Shown: positions 37,588 through 48,206, numbered from the stretch's first letter. The stretch is 64,000 nucleotides of DNA from an uncultured bacterium (GCA_963801165.1 CAWDDT010000009.1:527501-591500), one strand, 5' to 3'. A program made the numbers and translations. Notes: a model not told the origin generated them from the letters alone.

Positions 37588-38519
37588 GCCGGAGGAGGCG
37601 TGGATTGGACGCGGTCATGAGGATCTTCCCGACCGAGTACCGCGAGACACACGAGGCGGAGATCATGACCACGATTCTCGACGCTGAGGAGGAGACCGGA
37701 CCGTCCGTCGGGATCGGCGACCTCGTCAGTCTTGCTGTGGCCGGCAGCCGGATCAGGGTGCGGTCGTACGCAACAGCGGTCTGGCGTGACGAGCTCGAAC
37801 AGGGCGTAGTCCTCGGCATCCGTTCGTATCTGTTCTTCCTGGCCGCCGGGGTGCCGATGTTTGTGGTGCTCATCTCACTGCGCGGAGTGTCGCTGTGGGG
37901 CACGTCCGGCTATGAGGCGGGCAAGCGAGTCCTCGTTGCCGCGATGCTGCTTCCCTGGCTGGCTGTGTTCGGTCTGCACTTGCTCGGGCGCTGGCGGTCG
38001 GCGTTCCTGTTGGCGATGGTCAGCGCTGCCGGTGTGGTTGCCGCCGTTGGCTACGAAGCGGTCGTTAATCCGTTCGGTCTTGGTGGCGGCATGCGAGACG
38101 CCATCTGGGTGACTCTGCTGGGTGTTCTTCTTGTCGGTCTGGGGAGGCGCAGGAATCTCGGACCAGTGCGTCAACCCATCCTCTGGATGGTGCTGTGGCT
38201 GGGAGCGACCCTCGGACTCGGGTTCTACATCAGGAACGGCTATGCGTGGGAGATATCTGGGCTGGTCATCACCGTGGGCGGCGCTCTGCTGCTGGTTGCG
38301 GTCGGGATGGCCGTGGCAGGCAAGCCCCGCGGTCTCGTTGCCTGGGCCCTGCTCCTGGTTCCCGGGTGGCTGCTGAGCGCCAATCTCATCTACACAGGAG
38401 CGTCGTCCGGTGGCTTCCTCGTCGAGATAGTTGTATGGACAACGGCTGCCATCGTCGTGGCCTTCACCTGTGTGTGGGTTGCGATCGTCGTCGCCCGGCG
38501 AAACCGCGCGTTCGACTGA
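37584..38519 (+). CDS. Multi-pass membrane protein, typical PadR partner
   Basis: N-terminal FPTEYRETHEAEI motif, about 8 TM helices, GTGA-coupled to padR. Confidence 0.75.
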   Translation: MSRRRRGLDAVMRIFPTEYRETHEAEIMTTILDAEEETGPSVGIGDLVSLAVAGSRIRVRSYATAVWRDELEQGVVLGIRSYLFFLAAGVPMFVVLISLRGVSLWGTSGYEAGKRVLVAAMLLPWLAVFGLHLLGRWRSAFLLAMVSAAGVVAAVGYEAVVNPFGLGGGMRDAIWVTLLGVLLVGLGRRRNLGPVRQPILWMVLWLGATLGLGFYIRNGYAWEISGLVITVGGALLLVAVGMAVAGKPRGLVAWALLLVPGWLLSANLIYTGASSGGFLVEIVVWTTAAIVVAFTCVWVAIVVARRNRAFD

Positions 38520-38597
38520 ACGGCTGCAGCGCCGGCCGACAACCGGGCCGCGATGTGCTCCCGTTAAGATTCAGGGACGACGGTCTGGGAGGATCGA

Positions 38598-40745
38598 TTG
38601 GCTGGGACTAGCGGTAAGAGTGATCGAAGGTTCAGCACGTTCCTGATGGTGATGGTGCCGTTCACTGTCGTCGCCGTGTTCCTTCTCTGGTGGCTGGGAA
38701 CCGTGCCGGATCATGCCGATCCGGCGGTCGGCCGTGAGGTGTTCGGCAACATCCCCGCACCCGTCGTCGCCATGTTCTATGTAACGGTCGCAGTCTTTCT
38801 CGGGCTCACCATCTATCTGTTTGCTCTACGCGCCCGGAACTGGGAACGGGGCGCGTGGGAGGATCGATCCCGTCTTCTCAAGAGGCGTATCCACCGTCTT
38901 CGTGATGGTCTGCAGATGCGAACCCTGCTCCAGGATCCGGCCGCCGGCATTCCCCACGCCGCTCTCTATTTCGGGTTCCTCATCCTGTTCCTCGGTACCG
39001 TCACGGTCGAGCTCGACCACCTGCTGCCCAACAACCTCAAGTTCCTCGAGGGCGGCTTCTACCAGGGGTTCTCCTTCGTCCTCGACCTGGCCGGCGCCGT
39101 CTATCTGATCGGTCTCATCTGGCTGGCGATCCGGCGTTACGGAGCGAGACCGTGGCGGCTGCGCAGCAAGACCAAGACCGAGGACGGTTGGATCCTGGTG
39201 ACCCTCGCCGCTATCGGAGTCACCGGTCTCGCCGTTGAGGCGGCCCGGATCGCCGAGGTGGGACGGCCCGCCTTCGAGCACTGGTCGTTCCTGGGGTACG
39301 GCCTCAGCTATCTCGTCCCTGGCGCCTATTCCGGCACCCACCAGGTGCTGTGGGTAACTCACGTCGCCAGCTTCCTCGCCTTCCTGGTTGTGCTTCCGAG
39401 CACCAAGCTCCGGCACATGGTGACCTCTCCGGTCAACATGTTCCTGTCACCCCGGCAGCGTCCGGTCGGAGCGATGCGGGAGATGCCCAACCTGATGGAG
39501 GTCGAGGACCTCGAAACTGTGGGGGCCTCCGTCATCGCCGAGTTCACCTGGAAGCAGCTGCTCGACACGGACGCCTGCACCGTCTGCGGGCGGTGCACCT
39601 CGGTGTGCCCCGCCAATACCACGGGTAAGCCTCTCGATCCCAGGGAGATCGTCCTCAAGCTCGGTGAGGTTGCCTCGGCAACGGCAGCGACCAGGCAACC
39701 GGCGACTGTGAGCATGGACGAGCGGATCGCGATCACGTCCGACAGCGTGTTCGAACGTATCACCGCCGAGGAGCTGTGGGCATGTACCACTTGCCGTGCG
39801 TGCGATGACATCTGCCCGGTGAACATCGAGATCCTCGACAAGATCCTCGACATGCGACGGTACCTGTCGCTCATGGAGTCCGAGTTCCCTTCGGACCTGG
39901 GCAAGGCATACATCTCGATGGAGAACTCGTCGAACGTGTACGGGATGGATCAGAAGACCCGGGGTGACTGGGTGAACCAGCTGGACTTCCCGGTCAAAGT
40001 GCTCGGCGAGCCGGGGGTGACGGCCGAGTACCTGTACTGGGTCGGCTGCGCCGGATCGTTCGACGACCGCAACCGCAAGGTCACCCTCTCGACGGCCAAG
40101 CTGCTCCGCGAAGCTGGTGTCGATTTCGCCATCCTCGGACCGCGTGAGATGTGCACCGGCGACCCGGCGCGACGCACCGGCAACGAGTACGTCTTCCAGG
40201 GTCTCGCTCTGCAGAACATCGAGACCCTCAACGACCTCGGTGTCACCAAGGTCATCACCCAGTGCCCGCATTGCTTCAACACGCTCAAGAACGAGTATCC
40301 GCAGTTCGGCGGCAACTACGAGGTGCTCCACCATTCCGAGTTACTGATGCGGCTCGTGAAGGACGGGAAGATCACACCCAAATCGGATGGGCAGACCATC
40401 ACCTATCACGACCCCTGCTATCTGGGTCGGCACAACGACGTCTTCGTCGCACCCCGCGACGTTGTCGATGCAGTCGGGACCCGGGTCGAGATGCCCCGCA
40501 ACGGCACCAAGTCGTTCTGCTGTGGAGCCGGCGGCGGCAAGATGTGGTACGAAGAGAAGACGGGGAAGAAAGTAAACATCGAGCGAACGGAGGAAGCACT
40601 CGATTGCGATACCGACGTCATCGCAACCGGCTGTCCCTTCTGCTACATCATGATGGACGACGGGGTCAAGGAGCTCGGTGCCGACGAGCAGGTGGTCGTC
40701 AAGGACATCGCGATGCTGCTCGCCGACCGCACCTTCGACCGGTAG
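38598..40745 (+). CDS. Membrane-bound Fe-S oxidoreductase (FadF/HdrD-like, CCG domains)
   Basis: N-terminal TM domain, CTVCGRCTSVCP, CTTCRACDDICP, WVGCAGS, YHDPCYLGR, CCGAGG, CPFC. Confidence 0.9.
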   Translation: MAGTSGKSDRRFSTFLMVMVPFTVVAVFLLWWLGTVPDHADPAVGREVFGNIPAPVVAMFYVTVAVFLGLTIYLFALRARNWERGAWEDRSRLLKRRIHRLRDGLQMRTLLQDPAAGIPHAALYFGFLILFLGTVTVELDHLLPNNLKFLEGGFYQGFSFVLDLAGAVYLIGLIWLAIRRYGARPWRLRSKTKTEDGWILVTLAAIGVTGLAVEAARIAEVGRPAFEHWSFLGYGLSYLVPGAYSGTHQVLWVTHVASFLAFLVVLPSTKLRHMVTSPVNMFLSPRQRPVGAMREMPNLMEVEDLETVGASVIAEFTWKQLLDTDACTVCGRCTSVCPANTTGKPLDPREIVLKLGEVASATAATRQPATVSMDERIAITSDSVFERITAEELWACTTCRACDDICPVNIEILDKILDMRRYLSLMESEFPSDLGKAYISMENSSNVYGMDQKTRGDWVNQLDFPVKVLGEPGVTAEYLYWVGCAGSFDDRNRKVTLSTAKLLREAGVDFAILGPREMCTGDPARRTGNEYVFQGLALQNIETLNDLGVTKVITQCPHCFNTLKNEYPQFGGNYEVLHHSELLMRLVKDGKITPKSDGQTITYHDPCYLGRHNDVFVAPRDVVDAVGTRVEMPRNGTKSFCCGAGGGKMWYEEKTGKKVNIERTEEALDCDTDVIATGCPFCYIMMDDGVKELGADEQVVVKDIAMLLADRTFDR

Positions 40746-40811
40746 CAACCACCCCGAACTTACGTGCATCGGCCGGTCTCGCGGCGCCGTCTGTCCGCAC
40801 TGAAAAGAGGG

Positions 40812-41822
40812 TCAGCGGGCGAGGGCGGGGGCCAGCCCGGCGGTTGCTCCCGCGATCAGCTCGGCTTCGAACAGCTGGGTGGTCTGCCGGTCGCCGCGCA
40901 GCTGGCCCGCCACCATCGTGGCGACCGTTTGCGCCATCCGGTCGACCGGCTGGCGGAGCGTGGTGAGCGTCGGGTTGTACATCGCCAGCAGGGGTGTTCC
41001 GTCGAACCCGATGATCGAGACGTCCGCCGGGACACCGAGACCCTGTCCCTGTGCGGACGCGACGGCGCCGAGCGCCATGATGTCGCTGATGGCAATCAGT
41101 GCGGTGGCGCCCTTGTCGAATAGCTCCTCGGCTGCGCACCTACCCCCCTCGATGGTGAACAACCCCTCGACCACGAGCTCGTCATCGAGGGTGATCGCGG
41201 CTTCCTTGAGCGCTTGCCAATAACCGGCGACCAAATCCTGAGGCGGTGCGTAGTCGAGGTCGCCGGGGATACAGCCGATGCGACGATGCCCCAGGTGGAC
41301 CAGATGCCGGATGGCCGATTGGGCCGCTCCAACCATGTCGACTGTCACCGCCGGGATCGGGCACGGCTGGGTGACACCGTTGACGAGCACCACCGCGATC
41401 CCGTCGGTCAGGAGACGCTCGTACGCTGCGTACCCGGTCGATCTGCGGGCGTAGCTGCCGTTGACGATGACGACTGCGCGCGCCCCCATCCGTAGGAAGT
41501 GGTGGATGTAGTCACGCTCGTGCGCCGTGGTCGGTGTGGCCGGGCCGATCATCGACAGGAGACCGTGGCGGGCGAGCTTCGACTCGATCGTCTGTGCGAT
41601 GAGCGGGAAGATCGGGTTGTCGAACTCGGGAGTGATGATGCCCACGGTGGTCCCGAGTTTGCGGACCCGGTCCGGCCCGAAGTTGTATCCGAGCTGGTTG
41701 AGGACATCGAGGACCCTGAGCCGGGTCGCCTCGGCCACTCCGGGGCGTTGGTTGAGGACGCGGCTGACCGTTGCTTCACTGACCTTGGCGCGTTGCGCAA
41801 CCTCGTAGAGCTTTGGTTTCAC
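40812..41822 (-). CDS. LacI family regulator (maltose regulator-like)
   Basis: VAQRAKVSEATVSRVLN, LGHRRIG, VPADVSIIGFD, PTLTTLRQP. Confidence 0.92.
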   Translation of the reverse strand: MKPKLYEVAQRAKVSEATVSRVLNQRPGVAEATRLRVLDVLNQLGYNFGPDRVRKLGTTVGIITPEFDNPIFPLIAQTIESKLARHGLLSMIGPATPTTAHERDYIHHFLRMGARAVVIVNGSYARRSTGYAAYERLLTDGIAVVLVNGVTQPCPIPAVTVDMVGAAQSAIRHLVHLGHRRIGCIPGDLDYAPPQDLVAGYWQALKEAAITLDDELVVEGLFTIEGGRCAAEELFDKGATALIAISDIMALGAVASAQGQGLGVPADVSIIGFDGTPLLAMYNPTLTTLRQPVDRMAQTVATMVAGQLRGDRQTTQLFEAELIAGATAGLAPALAR

Positions 41823-41869
41823 CGGTCCTGCATTGATAGGACTTGCATTGTTAGCAGGATCATCACCGT

Positions 41870-41885
41870 TTGCAATAGTTTGCAA
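41870..41885. promoter_or_regulatory. Putative LacI-family operator
   Basis: Palindrome TTGCAA-tagt-TTGCAA in the AT-rich gap between lacI and malE. Confidence 0.6.
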
Positions 41886-41981
41886 GATCTTGTGGAAATC
41901 TGGAAAGCGATTTGCTTTAATGCTCCTGTTGGGTGTGGGCGTCGTTCGATGTCCCACCCACGGGAAATGAGGAGGAAATCC

Positions 41982-43355
41982 ATGAGAAGGCGATTTAGCG
42001 CCTTTGCCGTCCTATTCGCCGCGTTCGCTCTGCTTGTAGCAGCGTGCGGGGGCGACTCGACGGAAGAGACCACAACAACTACCCAGGCGCCGGCGGCGAC
42101 GACAACGACCACCGCTGCTCCAGAGACAACCACAACCGAGGCGATGGAGGAGACCACCACCACCGCCATGGAGGAAGAGTCGACTACGACGACCACCGCA
42201 GCGGTTCGTGATCCCAACGCCGACCTGGTGATATGGGCCGACGACACCCGCGCTCCGATCATCCGCGATTTTGCCGACCAGTTCGCAGCAGACAACGGGC
42301 TGACGGTTGCCGTCCAGGAACTGGCCTTCGGTGACATCAGGGACCGTCTGATCGTTGCCGGGCCGGTTGGCGAAGGACCCGACATCATCATCGGCGCCCA
42401 TGACTGGCTCGGCCAGCTCGTGACCTCCGGGGTACTTGCTCCGGTCGACCTATCCGGTATCCAGGATCAGTTCAGTGACGCGTCGGTCCAGGCGTTCAAC
42501 TACGAGGGACAGATCTACGGTCTGCCATACGCGGTGGAGAACATCGCCTTGCTCCGGAACACCGATCTGGTGCCCGAGTCGCCGGCGACGTTCGAGGACC
42601 TGACCCAAACGGCGCTCGACCTGGTTGATCAGGGCAAGGCCACTGTTCCGCTTGCTCTTCAGGAGAACGGCAACGGTGATCCTTATCACAACTACCCGTT
42701 CTTCAGCGCACTCGGGGGATACGTCTTCGGGCTCAACCCCGACGGCAGCTACAACCCCGATGACGTGGGGATCGACAGTGAGGGCGGCCTGAAGGCAGCG
42801 CAGTGGTTCGCCGACCGTGCGGCCGATGGCCTCATCGACGACAACATGACATACGACATCATGATCGAGTCGTTCGGCAAGGGCAATGCGCCATTCGCCA
42901 TCACGGGCCCTTGGGCTGTTGCGCAGCCGGACAACGGCTTCGCAGCAACCGGCGTTCCGTACGTGGTCGAGCCGATCCCGACGGTCGAGGGCGGAACCCC
43001 GCACGTCTTCATCGGGGTGCAGGGCTTCATGGTCTCGGCATTCGCCGAGAACCCGCTGGCCGCCCAGACGTTCCTCACGGACTTCATGGCGACCGAGGAT
43101 GCCCAGTACGCAATGTACGAAGCAGGCGGCCGCCCACCGGCGAACCTGGCAGCATTCGATAGGGCATCGGCGGACCCCGACATCCAGGGCTTCGGCGAGT
43201 CCGGAATCAACGGCGTCCCGCAGCCATCCATTCCCGCGATGGGCTCGGTGTGGCAGGCGTGGACCGATGCCTACCAGTTGGTGCTGACGGGCAGCGACCC
43301 TGTGCAGGCGTTCAAAGATGCCGCTGAGCAGATCCGGAATCAGATCGGCGGCTGA
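41982..43355 (+). CDS. malE: Maltose/maltodextrin ABC transporter substrate-binding lipoprotein
   Basis: RBS GAGGAGG, lipobox VAAC, Thr linker, GPDIIIGAHDWLG, YGLPYAVE, ITGPW, PSIPAMGSVW. Confidence 0.88.
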   Translation: MRRRFSAFAVLFAAFALLVAACGGDSTEETTTTTQAPAATTTTTAAPETTTTEAMEETTTTAMEEESTTTTTAAVRDPNADLVIWADDTRAPIIRDFADQFAADNGLTVAVQELAFGDIRDRLIVAGPVGEGPDIIIGAHDWLGQLVTSGVLAPVDLSGIQDQFSDASVQAFNYEGQIYGLPYAVENIALLRNTDLVPESPATFEDLTQTALDLVDQGKATVPLALQENGNGDPYHNYPFFSALGGYVFGLNPDGSYNPDDVGIDSEGGLKAAQWFADRAADGLIDDNMTYDIMIESFGKGNAPFAITGPWAVAQPDNGFAATGVPYVVEPIPTVEGGTPHVFIGVQGFMVSAFAENPLAAQTFLTDFMATEDAQYAMYEAGGRPPANLAAFDRASADPDIQGFGESGINGVPQPSIPAMGSVWQAWTDAYQLVLTGSDPVQAFKDAAEQIRNQIGG

Positions 43356-44953
43356 TGACCCAACCCGGTCACACCAGCACTGCCGGCGAGACCGGAATGA
43401 AACCCGAGGGCCGGGGGAGATTCCCCCGGCCCTCGTTCACAGTCGCTCTGATCATCAAGCTGCTGTTCCTGGCGGTCGTCAACGCGCTGACGGTCTTCGC
43501 GATCGGTCCGCTCGCCGAGGCCAACCAGTGGCCCGGCCTGGTGATCGTGATCGTCGTCACGATCGGGATCGACTACGTCTATCTGTCGAAGCGGACTATG
43601 CCGCTCAAATACCTGGTACCGGGCACCATCTTCGCCCTCATGTTCCAGGTGTATCCGGTGCTCTACTCGGCGAATATCGCCATGACCAACTACGGCACCG
43701 GCCATGTGCTCACCAAGGAGCAAGCGCTCGCCCAGCTTGCCAGCCTGCCGTCGGTCGTCGAGGAGGGTGAGCGTTTCAAGATGACCGTTGTCGCCACCGA
43801 CGGTGGCAACGGAGATCTGGCGCTCTACCTGGTAGATGCCAACGGCGATGCGTTCCTCGGTACCCCGGACGGCCTCACCCCGGTCGATCCGGCGGACGTC
43901 ACCCTCGACGACAAAGGCCGGGTCGTGACACTTGGTGACTACACCTCGCTCAATCTGGGCCAAGCACAGGGCCGGCAGGATGAGTTGCAGACATTCCAGG
44001 TTCCCACCGATCGCGGCATCATCACCGTGCAATCATTGACAGCCGCTGTGATCAAGCCGTCGCGCTACCAGTACGAAGAGGCCACGGGCGAACTGACCGA
44101 TGTGGACACCGGCACCGTCTACACCCAGGAGCAGGGTACCTTCGTTGCCCCGGACGGCACCAAGGTCACCCCGGGATGGCGGGTCTACATCGGTTTCGAC
44201 AACTTTTCCGAAGTATTCACCTCGTCTGCTATCTCCGGTCCATTCGTCCGTGTGTTGATCTGGAACTTCGTGTTTGCCATCGGGTCGGTGTTCCTCACCT
44301 TCGTGCTCGGATTGGCCCTGGCGATGACCCTGAACCATCCGCGGCTCAAAGGGAGGAGGTTGTACCGAGCGTTGCTCGTGGTGCCGTATGCCCTGCCCAG
44401 CTTCATGACAGTTCTCGTGTGGCGCGGGATGTTCCAGCCGGACTACGGCGTCATCAACCAGATCTTCCACGCGAACATCAACTGGCTGCAGAGCGCCATT
44501 GTCGCCAAGGTCGCGATCCTGCTCGTCAACACATGGCTCGGTTACGCATACTTCTTCCTGGTCTCGACCGGGGCGTTGCAGGCGATCCCATCTGAATTAA
44601 CTGAGGCTGCCGAGGTTGACGGAGCGTCTCCGTGGCAGGCGTTCCGCAATGTGACGTTCCCGCTGCTGATGGTGGCGGTGGCGCCCCTCCTCATCTCGTC
44701 GTTCGCGTTCAACTTCAACAACTTCAATGTCATCTACCTGCTCACCGGGGGTGGCCCGCCGATTCCCGGCGCCCAAACACCGGCGGGTCACACCGACATC
44801 CTCATCAGCTACACGTACCGGCTGGCATTTGAGGGCGGTGGCGGCTCCGACTTCGGTCTGGCCTCTGCTATCTCGATCCTGATCTTCATAATCGTCGCCG
44901 GGATCTCGGCGATCAGCTTCACCCGTACCCGCGCCCTCGAGGAGCTTGCCTGA
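43355..44953 (+). CDS. malF: Maltose ABC transporter permease with large periplasmic-type loop
   Basis: TNYG, GFDNF, EAAEVDGA, FAFNFNNFNVIYLLTGGGP, TDILISYTY. Confidence 0.9.
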   Translation: MTQPGHTSTAGETGMKPEGRGRFPRPSFTVALIIKLLFLAVVNALTVFAIGPLAEANQWPGLVIVIVVTIGIDYVYLSKRTMPLKYLVPGTIFALMFQVYPVLYSANIAMTNYGTGHVLTKEQALAQLASLPSVVEEGERFKMTVVATDGGNGDLALYLVDANGDAFLGTPDGLTPVDPADVTLDDKGRVVTLGDYTSLNLGQAQGRQDELQTFQVPTDRGIITVQSLTAAVIKPSRYQYEEATGELTDVDTGTVYTQEQGTFVAPDGTKVTPGWRVYIGFDNFSEVFTSSAISGPFVRVLIWNFVFAIGSVFLTFVLGLALAMTLNHPRLKGRRLYRALLVVPYALPSFMTVLVWRGMFQPDYGVINQIFHANINWLQSAIVAKVAILLVNTWLGYAYFFLVSTGALQAIPSELTEAAEVDGASPWQAFRNVTFPLLMVAVAPLLISSFAFNFNNFNVIYLLTGGGPPIPGAQTPAGHTDILISYTYRLAFEGGGGSDFGLASAISILIFIIVAGISAISFTRTRALEELA

Positions 44954-45876
44954 TGGCTGTCACCGCTGAACATGGTGTCGGAGCCACCGAAAACCGCCGT
45001 GGCTTCGGTAAGTGGATGCGCACGCTGGGCTGGCGCCACCTGGTTGGGCTCATTGCGGTGGTCTTTGCCTTGTTCCCCGCCATATGGGTGGTATCGGCAT
45101 CCGTGAACCCGCTCGGCACGTTGGTGTCGCAGAAGCTGATCCCCTCCGACGCCAATCTCAACAACTATCGCGACTTGCTGCGTGGTTACACCGATTCCGG
45201 CCTTCAGGTTCCCTACAAGGCGTGGTACCTGAACACCATCCTGGTCGCCGGGGGGGCGGCGTTGGCCAACACTTTCCTGTCTGCGTTTGCCGCGTACGCC
45301 TTCAGCCGGATGCGCTTCAAGGGTCGTCGGGGTGGGCTCCTCAGCGTGCTATTGGTGCAGATGTTCCCGCAGACTCTGGCCTTCGTGGCCGTCTTCCTGA
45401 TCATGATCCAGCTTGGTGACGTGTTCCCGGCCATCGGTCTCGGTACCAGGTTCGGTCTGTTGCTTGTCTACATGGGTGGGGCGATGGGGGTCAACACCTG
45501 GCTGATGAAGGGGTTCTTCGACACGATCCCCACCGATCTCGACGAGTCGGCCCGGGTGGACGGGGCTTCGCAGCATCAGATCTTCTTCCGGATCATCCTC
45601 CCCCTGGTGACTCCGATTCTGGCGGTTGTGTTCCTGCTCTCGTTCATTTTCCTCATCAACGACGTCATCCTGGCCAGTGCCGTGCTGGGTCAAGGATCGC
45701 CCGACAACTTCACCCTGTCGGTTGGCCTCTTCCGATTCATCAACGACAACTTCAGTCTGCGCTGGGGGTTGTTCTCCGCGGGAGCCCTGATGGCCGGTAT
45801 CCCGGTGCTGGTGCTGTTCATGTTCCTGCAGCGCTACATCGTCTCCGGTCTCACCCAGGGTGCTGTCAAGGGCTGA
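44953..45876 (+). CDS. malG: Maltose ABC transporter permease
   Basis: AYAFSRMRFKGR, QMFP, KGFFDTIP, ESARVDGA, SGLTQGAVKG. Confidence 0.92.
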   Translation: MAVTAEHGVGATENRRGFGKWMRTLGWRHLVGLIAVVFALFPAIWVVSASVNPLGTLVSQKLIPSDANLNNYRDLLRGYTDSGLQVPYKAWYLNTILVAGGAALANTFLSAFAAYAFSRMRFKGRRGGLLSVLLVQMFPQTLAFVAVFLIMIQLGDVFPAIGLGTRFGLLLVYMGGAMGVNTWLMKGFFDTIPTDLDESARVDGASQHQIFFRIILPLVTPILAVVFLLSFIFLINDVILASAVLGQGSPDNFTLSVGLFRFINDNFSLRWGLFSAGALMAGIPVLVLFMFLQRYIVSGLTQGAVKG

Positions 45877-46030
45877 ATCGGCAGAGCCGATTCAGCTTGG
45901 AGTTCGGCAAGGCCGAACTCCCGGTTTCTTCACCCTGCCATTTCGGGCAGAGCCCGATTCAGCCTGGGAGCAAGCAGCAATCCCCCCATTTCGGGGGGAT
46001 CGGCCGGGCGTAGCCCGGGCGAGGGGGGAA
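45872..46030. repeat. Cluster of hairpins / REP-like elements after malG
   Basis: GCTGAATCGGC-aga-GCCGATTCAGC, GGAGTTCGGC-aag-GCCGAACTCC, TCGGGC-aga-GCCCGA, ATCCCCCC-atttc-GGGGGGAT, CCGGGC-gta-GCCCGG. Confidence 0.7.
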
Positions 46031-46142
46031 GGACACACGGCGGTCGTCGCTGGTGTTGGCCCCTTCCCGTTCCAGCCCCTCCCTGCGGTCGGGTCTGGCC
46101 CCGCATCCCCGCAACGGGAAGGCTGCCATTCGAGGCGGCTGG

Positions 46143-47999
46143 TCACTTTCGGGATATCACCGCCGACCGGCCTTTGATGTGGAGTATGCCGTTGTGGTGG
46201 TCTCCGTGGCCCCAGACGGTGCCGGTCGAGCCCCCCACGTTGAGGCTCGTGGCGCGGGTGGAACGGTTGATCCCGACGATGTACCGGGCCCGGCCCATCC
46301 GGCGCTCGTAGGCCACGGCGTTTGCGCTTGCCGCCAGCGGCGCCCACTCACCGAGACGGAGCGCCGGGCTGCTGCGTCGCAATGCCGTGAGCTCGGCGAT
46401 CGTGGAGATGAGGCTCGGCTGCCGCTCCACCTGATCCCACGGCATCGTGCCGCGACAATGCGGGTCGTCGCCACCCTCGAGCCCGATCTCATCGCCGTAA
46501 TAGATCCCGGGTGCTCCCGGGTAGGTCATCTGAAACACGGTTGCCAGTTCGCTCCGCCACAGGTCACCGCCCGCGAGGGTGCGGAAGCGGGGCGTGTCGT
46601 GGCTGCCGATGAGGTTGTGATTTGCCAGGGTCACGGCATGTGGATACTGCCCGTAGAGCCGGGTGCAGTGGTCGAGCAGCTCGGGGCCGTCCATGTCGCT
46701 GCGGGCGAAGAACCCCAGCGCCAGCGCCCGGAAGGTGTAGTTCATGGTGGCGTCGAACGAATCGCCGCAAAGCCAATGCGATGCATCGCCCACCACCTCG
46801 GCGAGAAGGTAGGCGTCTGGCTTGACCGAGCGGCAAGCCTTGCGGAACTCGGGCCAGAAGTCGTCGTCGACGTAGCGGGCGACATCCATCCGCCAGCCGT
46901 CGATATCGAACTCGCGCAGCCAGTATTGCGCCGCTTCGAGCGCATGCGCACGAGGTGCCGGGTTGTGCAGCGCCAGCCGCGGCATGGTCGGCACCCCGAA
47001 CCAGGATTCGTACGTTGTCTCGATCGCCGGTCCCGGACCGGTCACTTCCTCGAGCTGCACACCGGTCCGTTCCTCCCAGACGGGCAGCGATTCCCGCATC
47101 CAACCCTTCAGCTTGTTTCTTCGCACCTTGATGCGTGGCGGCCAATCGCGGATCACGAACCAATCGGAGTACTGCGACTTCGGCCCCTTCGCCACCACGT
47201 CGGCGAAGGCAAAGAACCGGGGATGGACGTGGTTGAACGATGCATCGAGAACCACCCTGATGTCACGGGCGTGAGCGGCGGTGACCAGCCGGCGCAGCGC
47301 GCCGTCGCCACCAAACGCGGGATCGACCGAGAAGTAGTTGGTGATGTCGTACTTGTGCGTCGACGGCGACGCGAAGATCGGGTTGAGATATAGGACATCG
47401 ACACCGAGACCGACGATGTAATCGAGCCGCTGCACGATCCCGTCGAGATCGCCGCCCTGGAAGACCCGGTTCGAAGGTTTGCTTCCCCAGGCCGCGGTGT
47501 CCGGAGGATCGTTTGAGGGATCGCCGTTCTCGAAGCGGTCCGGGAAGATCTGATAGATCACGGCGCCTCTCACCCAATCCGGAGTATCGACGGGCGGTTG
47601 GCCGGCGTCTATCGGCCAGCGATCGAGACGCTCCACCGCCACTGCGACGCCCCACCGGGTGACGTAGACAGGGCTGGCGTTCTCGGTGCTCATGAAGGCG
47701 AAGCTGAGCCCGGCGGTGCCTGGAATCGGGCCTATGGTTGCCGACCATTGCACGAACCGGCCGGCGGTCACCGGGTGCAGTGGCACGCCGACGATGCCAT
47801 CGGAAGACCGCAGCACCACCCTGCCGTCGCTGAGGCCGGGCTCGGTGTGGATTCGGACCCGGAACCGTCCATCCCCGATGGGCTCGAGATCCGCCGGGTC
47901 GGTCGCATCGAACCGGATGTCCCATACGGCGACATCGCCCGGCAGTCCGTAGATGCCGAGGTCATCCTCGTATCTCCTGACCCGTGGTGACGAGGCCAA
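46143..47999 (-). CDS. GH13 neopullulanase/cyclomaltodextrinase family with N-terminal domain
   Basis: TTG start after RBS AAAGGAG. YQIFPDRF, GGDLDG, HKYD, FNH, DGWRMDV, GSHD, YYGDE. Confidence 0.9.
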   Translation of the reverse strand: MASSPRVRRYEDDLGIYGLPGDVAVWDIRFDATDPADLEPIGDGRFRVRIHTEPGLSDGRVVLRSSDGIVGVPLHPVTAGRFVQWSATIGPIPGTAGLSFAFMSTENASPVYVTRWGVAVAVERLDRWPIDAGQPPVDTPDWVRGAVIYQIFPDRFENGDPSNDPPDTAAWGSKPSNRVFQGGDLDGIVQRLDYIVGLGVDVLYLNPIFASPSTHKYDITNYFSVDPAFGGDGALRRLVTAAHARDIRVVLDASFNHVHPRFFAFADVVAKGPKSQYSDWFVIRDWPPRIKVRRNKLKGWMRESLPVWEERTGVQLEEVTGPGPAIETTYESWFGVPTMPRLALHNPAPRAHALEAAQYWLREFDIDGWRMDVARYVDDDFWPEFRKACRSVKPDAYLLAEVVGDASHWLCGDSFDATMNYTFRALALGFFARSDMDGPELLDHCTRLYGQYPHAVTLANHNLIGSHDTPRFRTLAGGDLWRSELATVFQMTYPGAPGIYYGDEIGLEGGDDPHCRGTMPWDQVERQPSLISTIAELTALRRSSPALRLGEWAPLAASANAVAYERRMGRARYIVGINRSTRATSLNVGGSTGTVWGHGDHHNGILHIKGRSAVISRK

Positions 48000-48096
48000 C
48001 CGCGCTCCTTTCGGCGGCTGTACCCAAGCACCACGAGCACCCGGTTGCAACCCCTTGCGGAGCCAGGGGTCACTTCTTCACAAAGGGCTTTGTCGA

Positions 48097-48206
48097 TGGC
48101 TGGTGGAGCAGGGGATCAGCAAGGGCTGCAACCCGCCGGTCAACGACATGTTTTGCCCCAGCGCCCGGTCACCAGGGAACAGATGGCGGCGTTCATGCAC
48201 CGGGCA
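48097..48206 (+). pseudogene. Isolated, frameshifted SLH-repeat fragment
   Basis: Reads WLVEQGISKGCNPPVNDMFCP, then in another frame PVTREQMAAFMHRA. Homologous to the SLH repeats at 57-58.9 kb. Confidence 0.8.

Noticed and set aside
41499-41981. Long N-terminal extension of MalE
   Set aside because: It is antisense to lacI. The real start at 41982 has an RBS and a lipoprotein signal.
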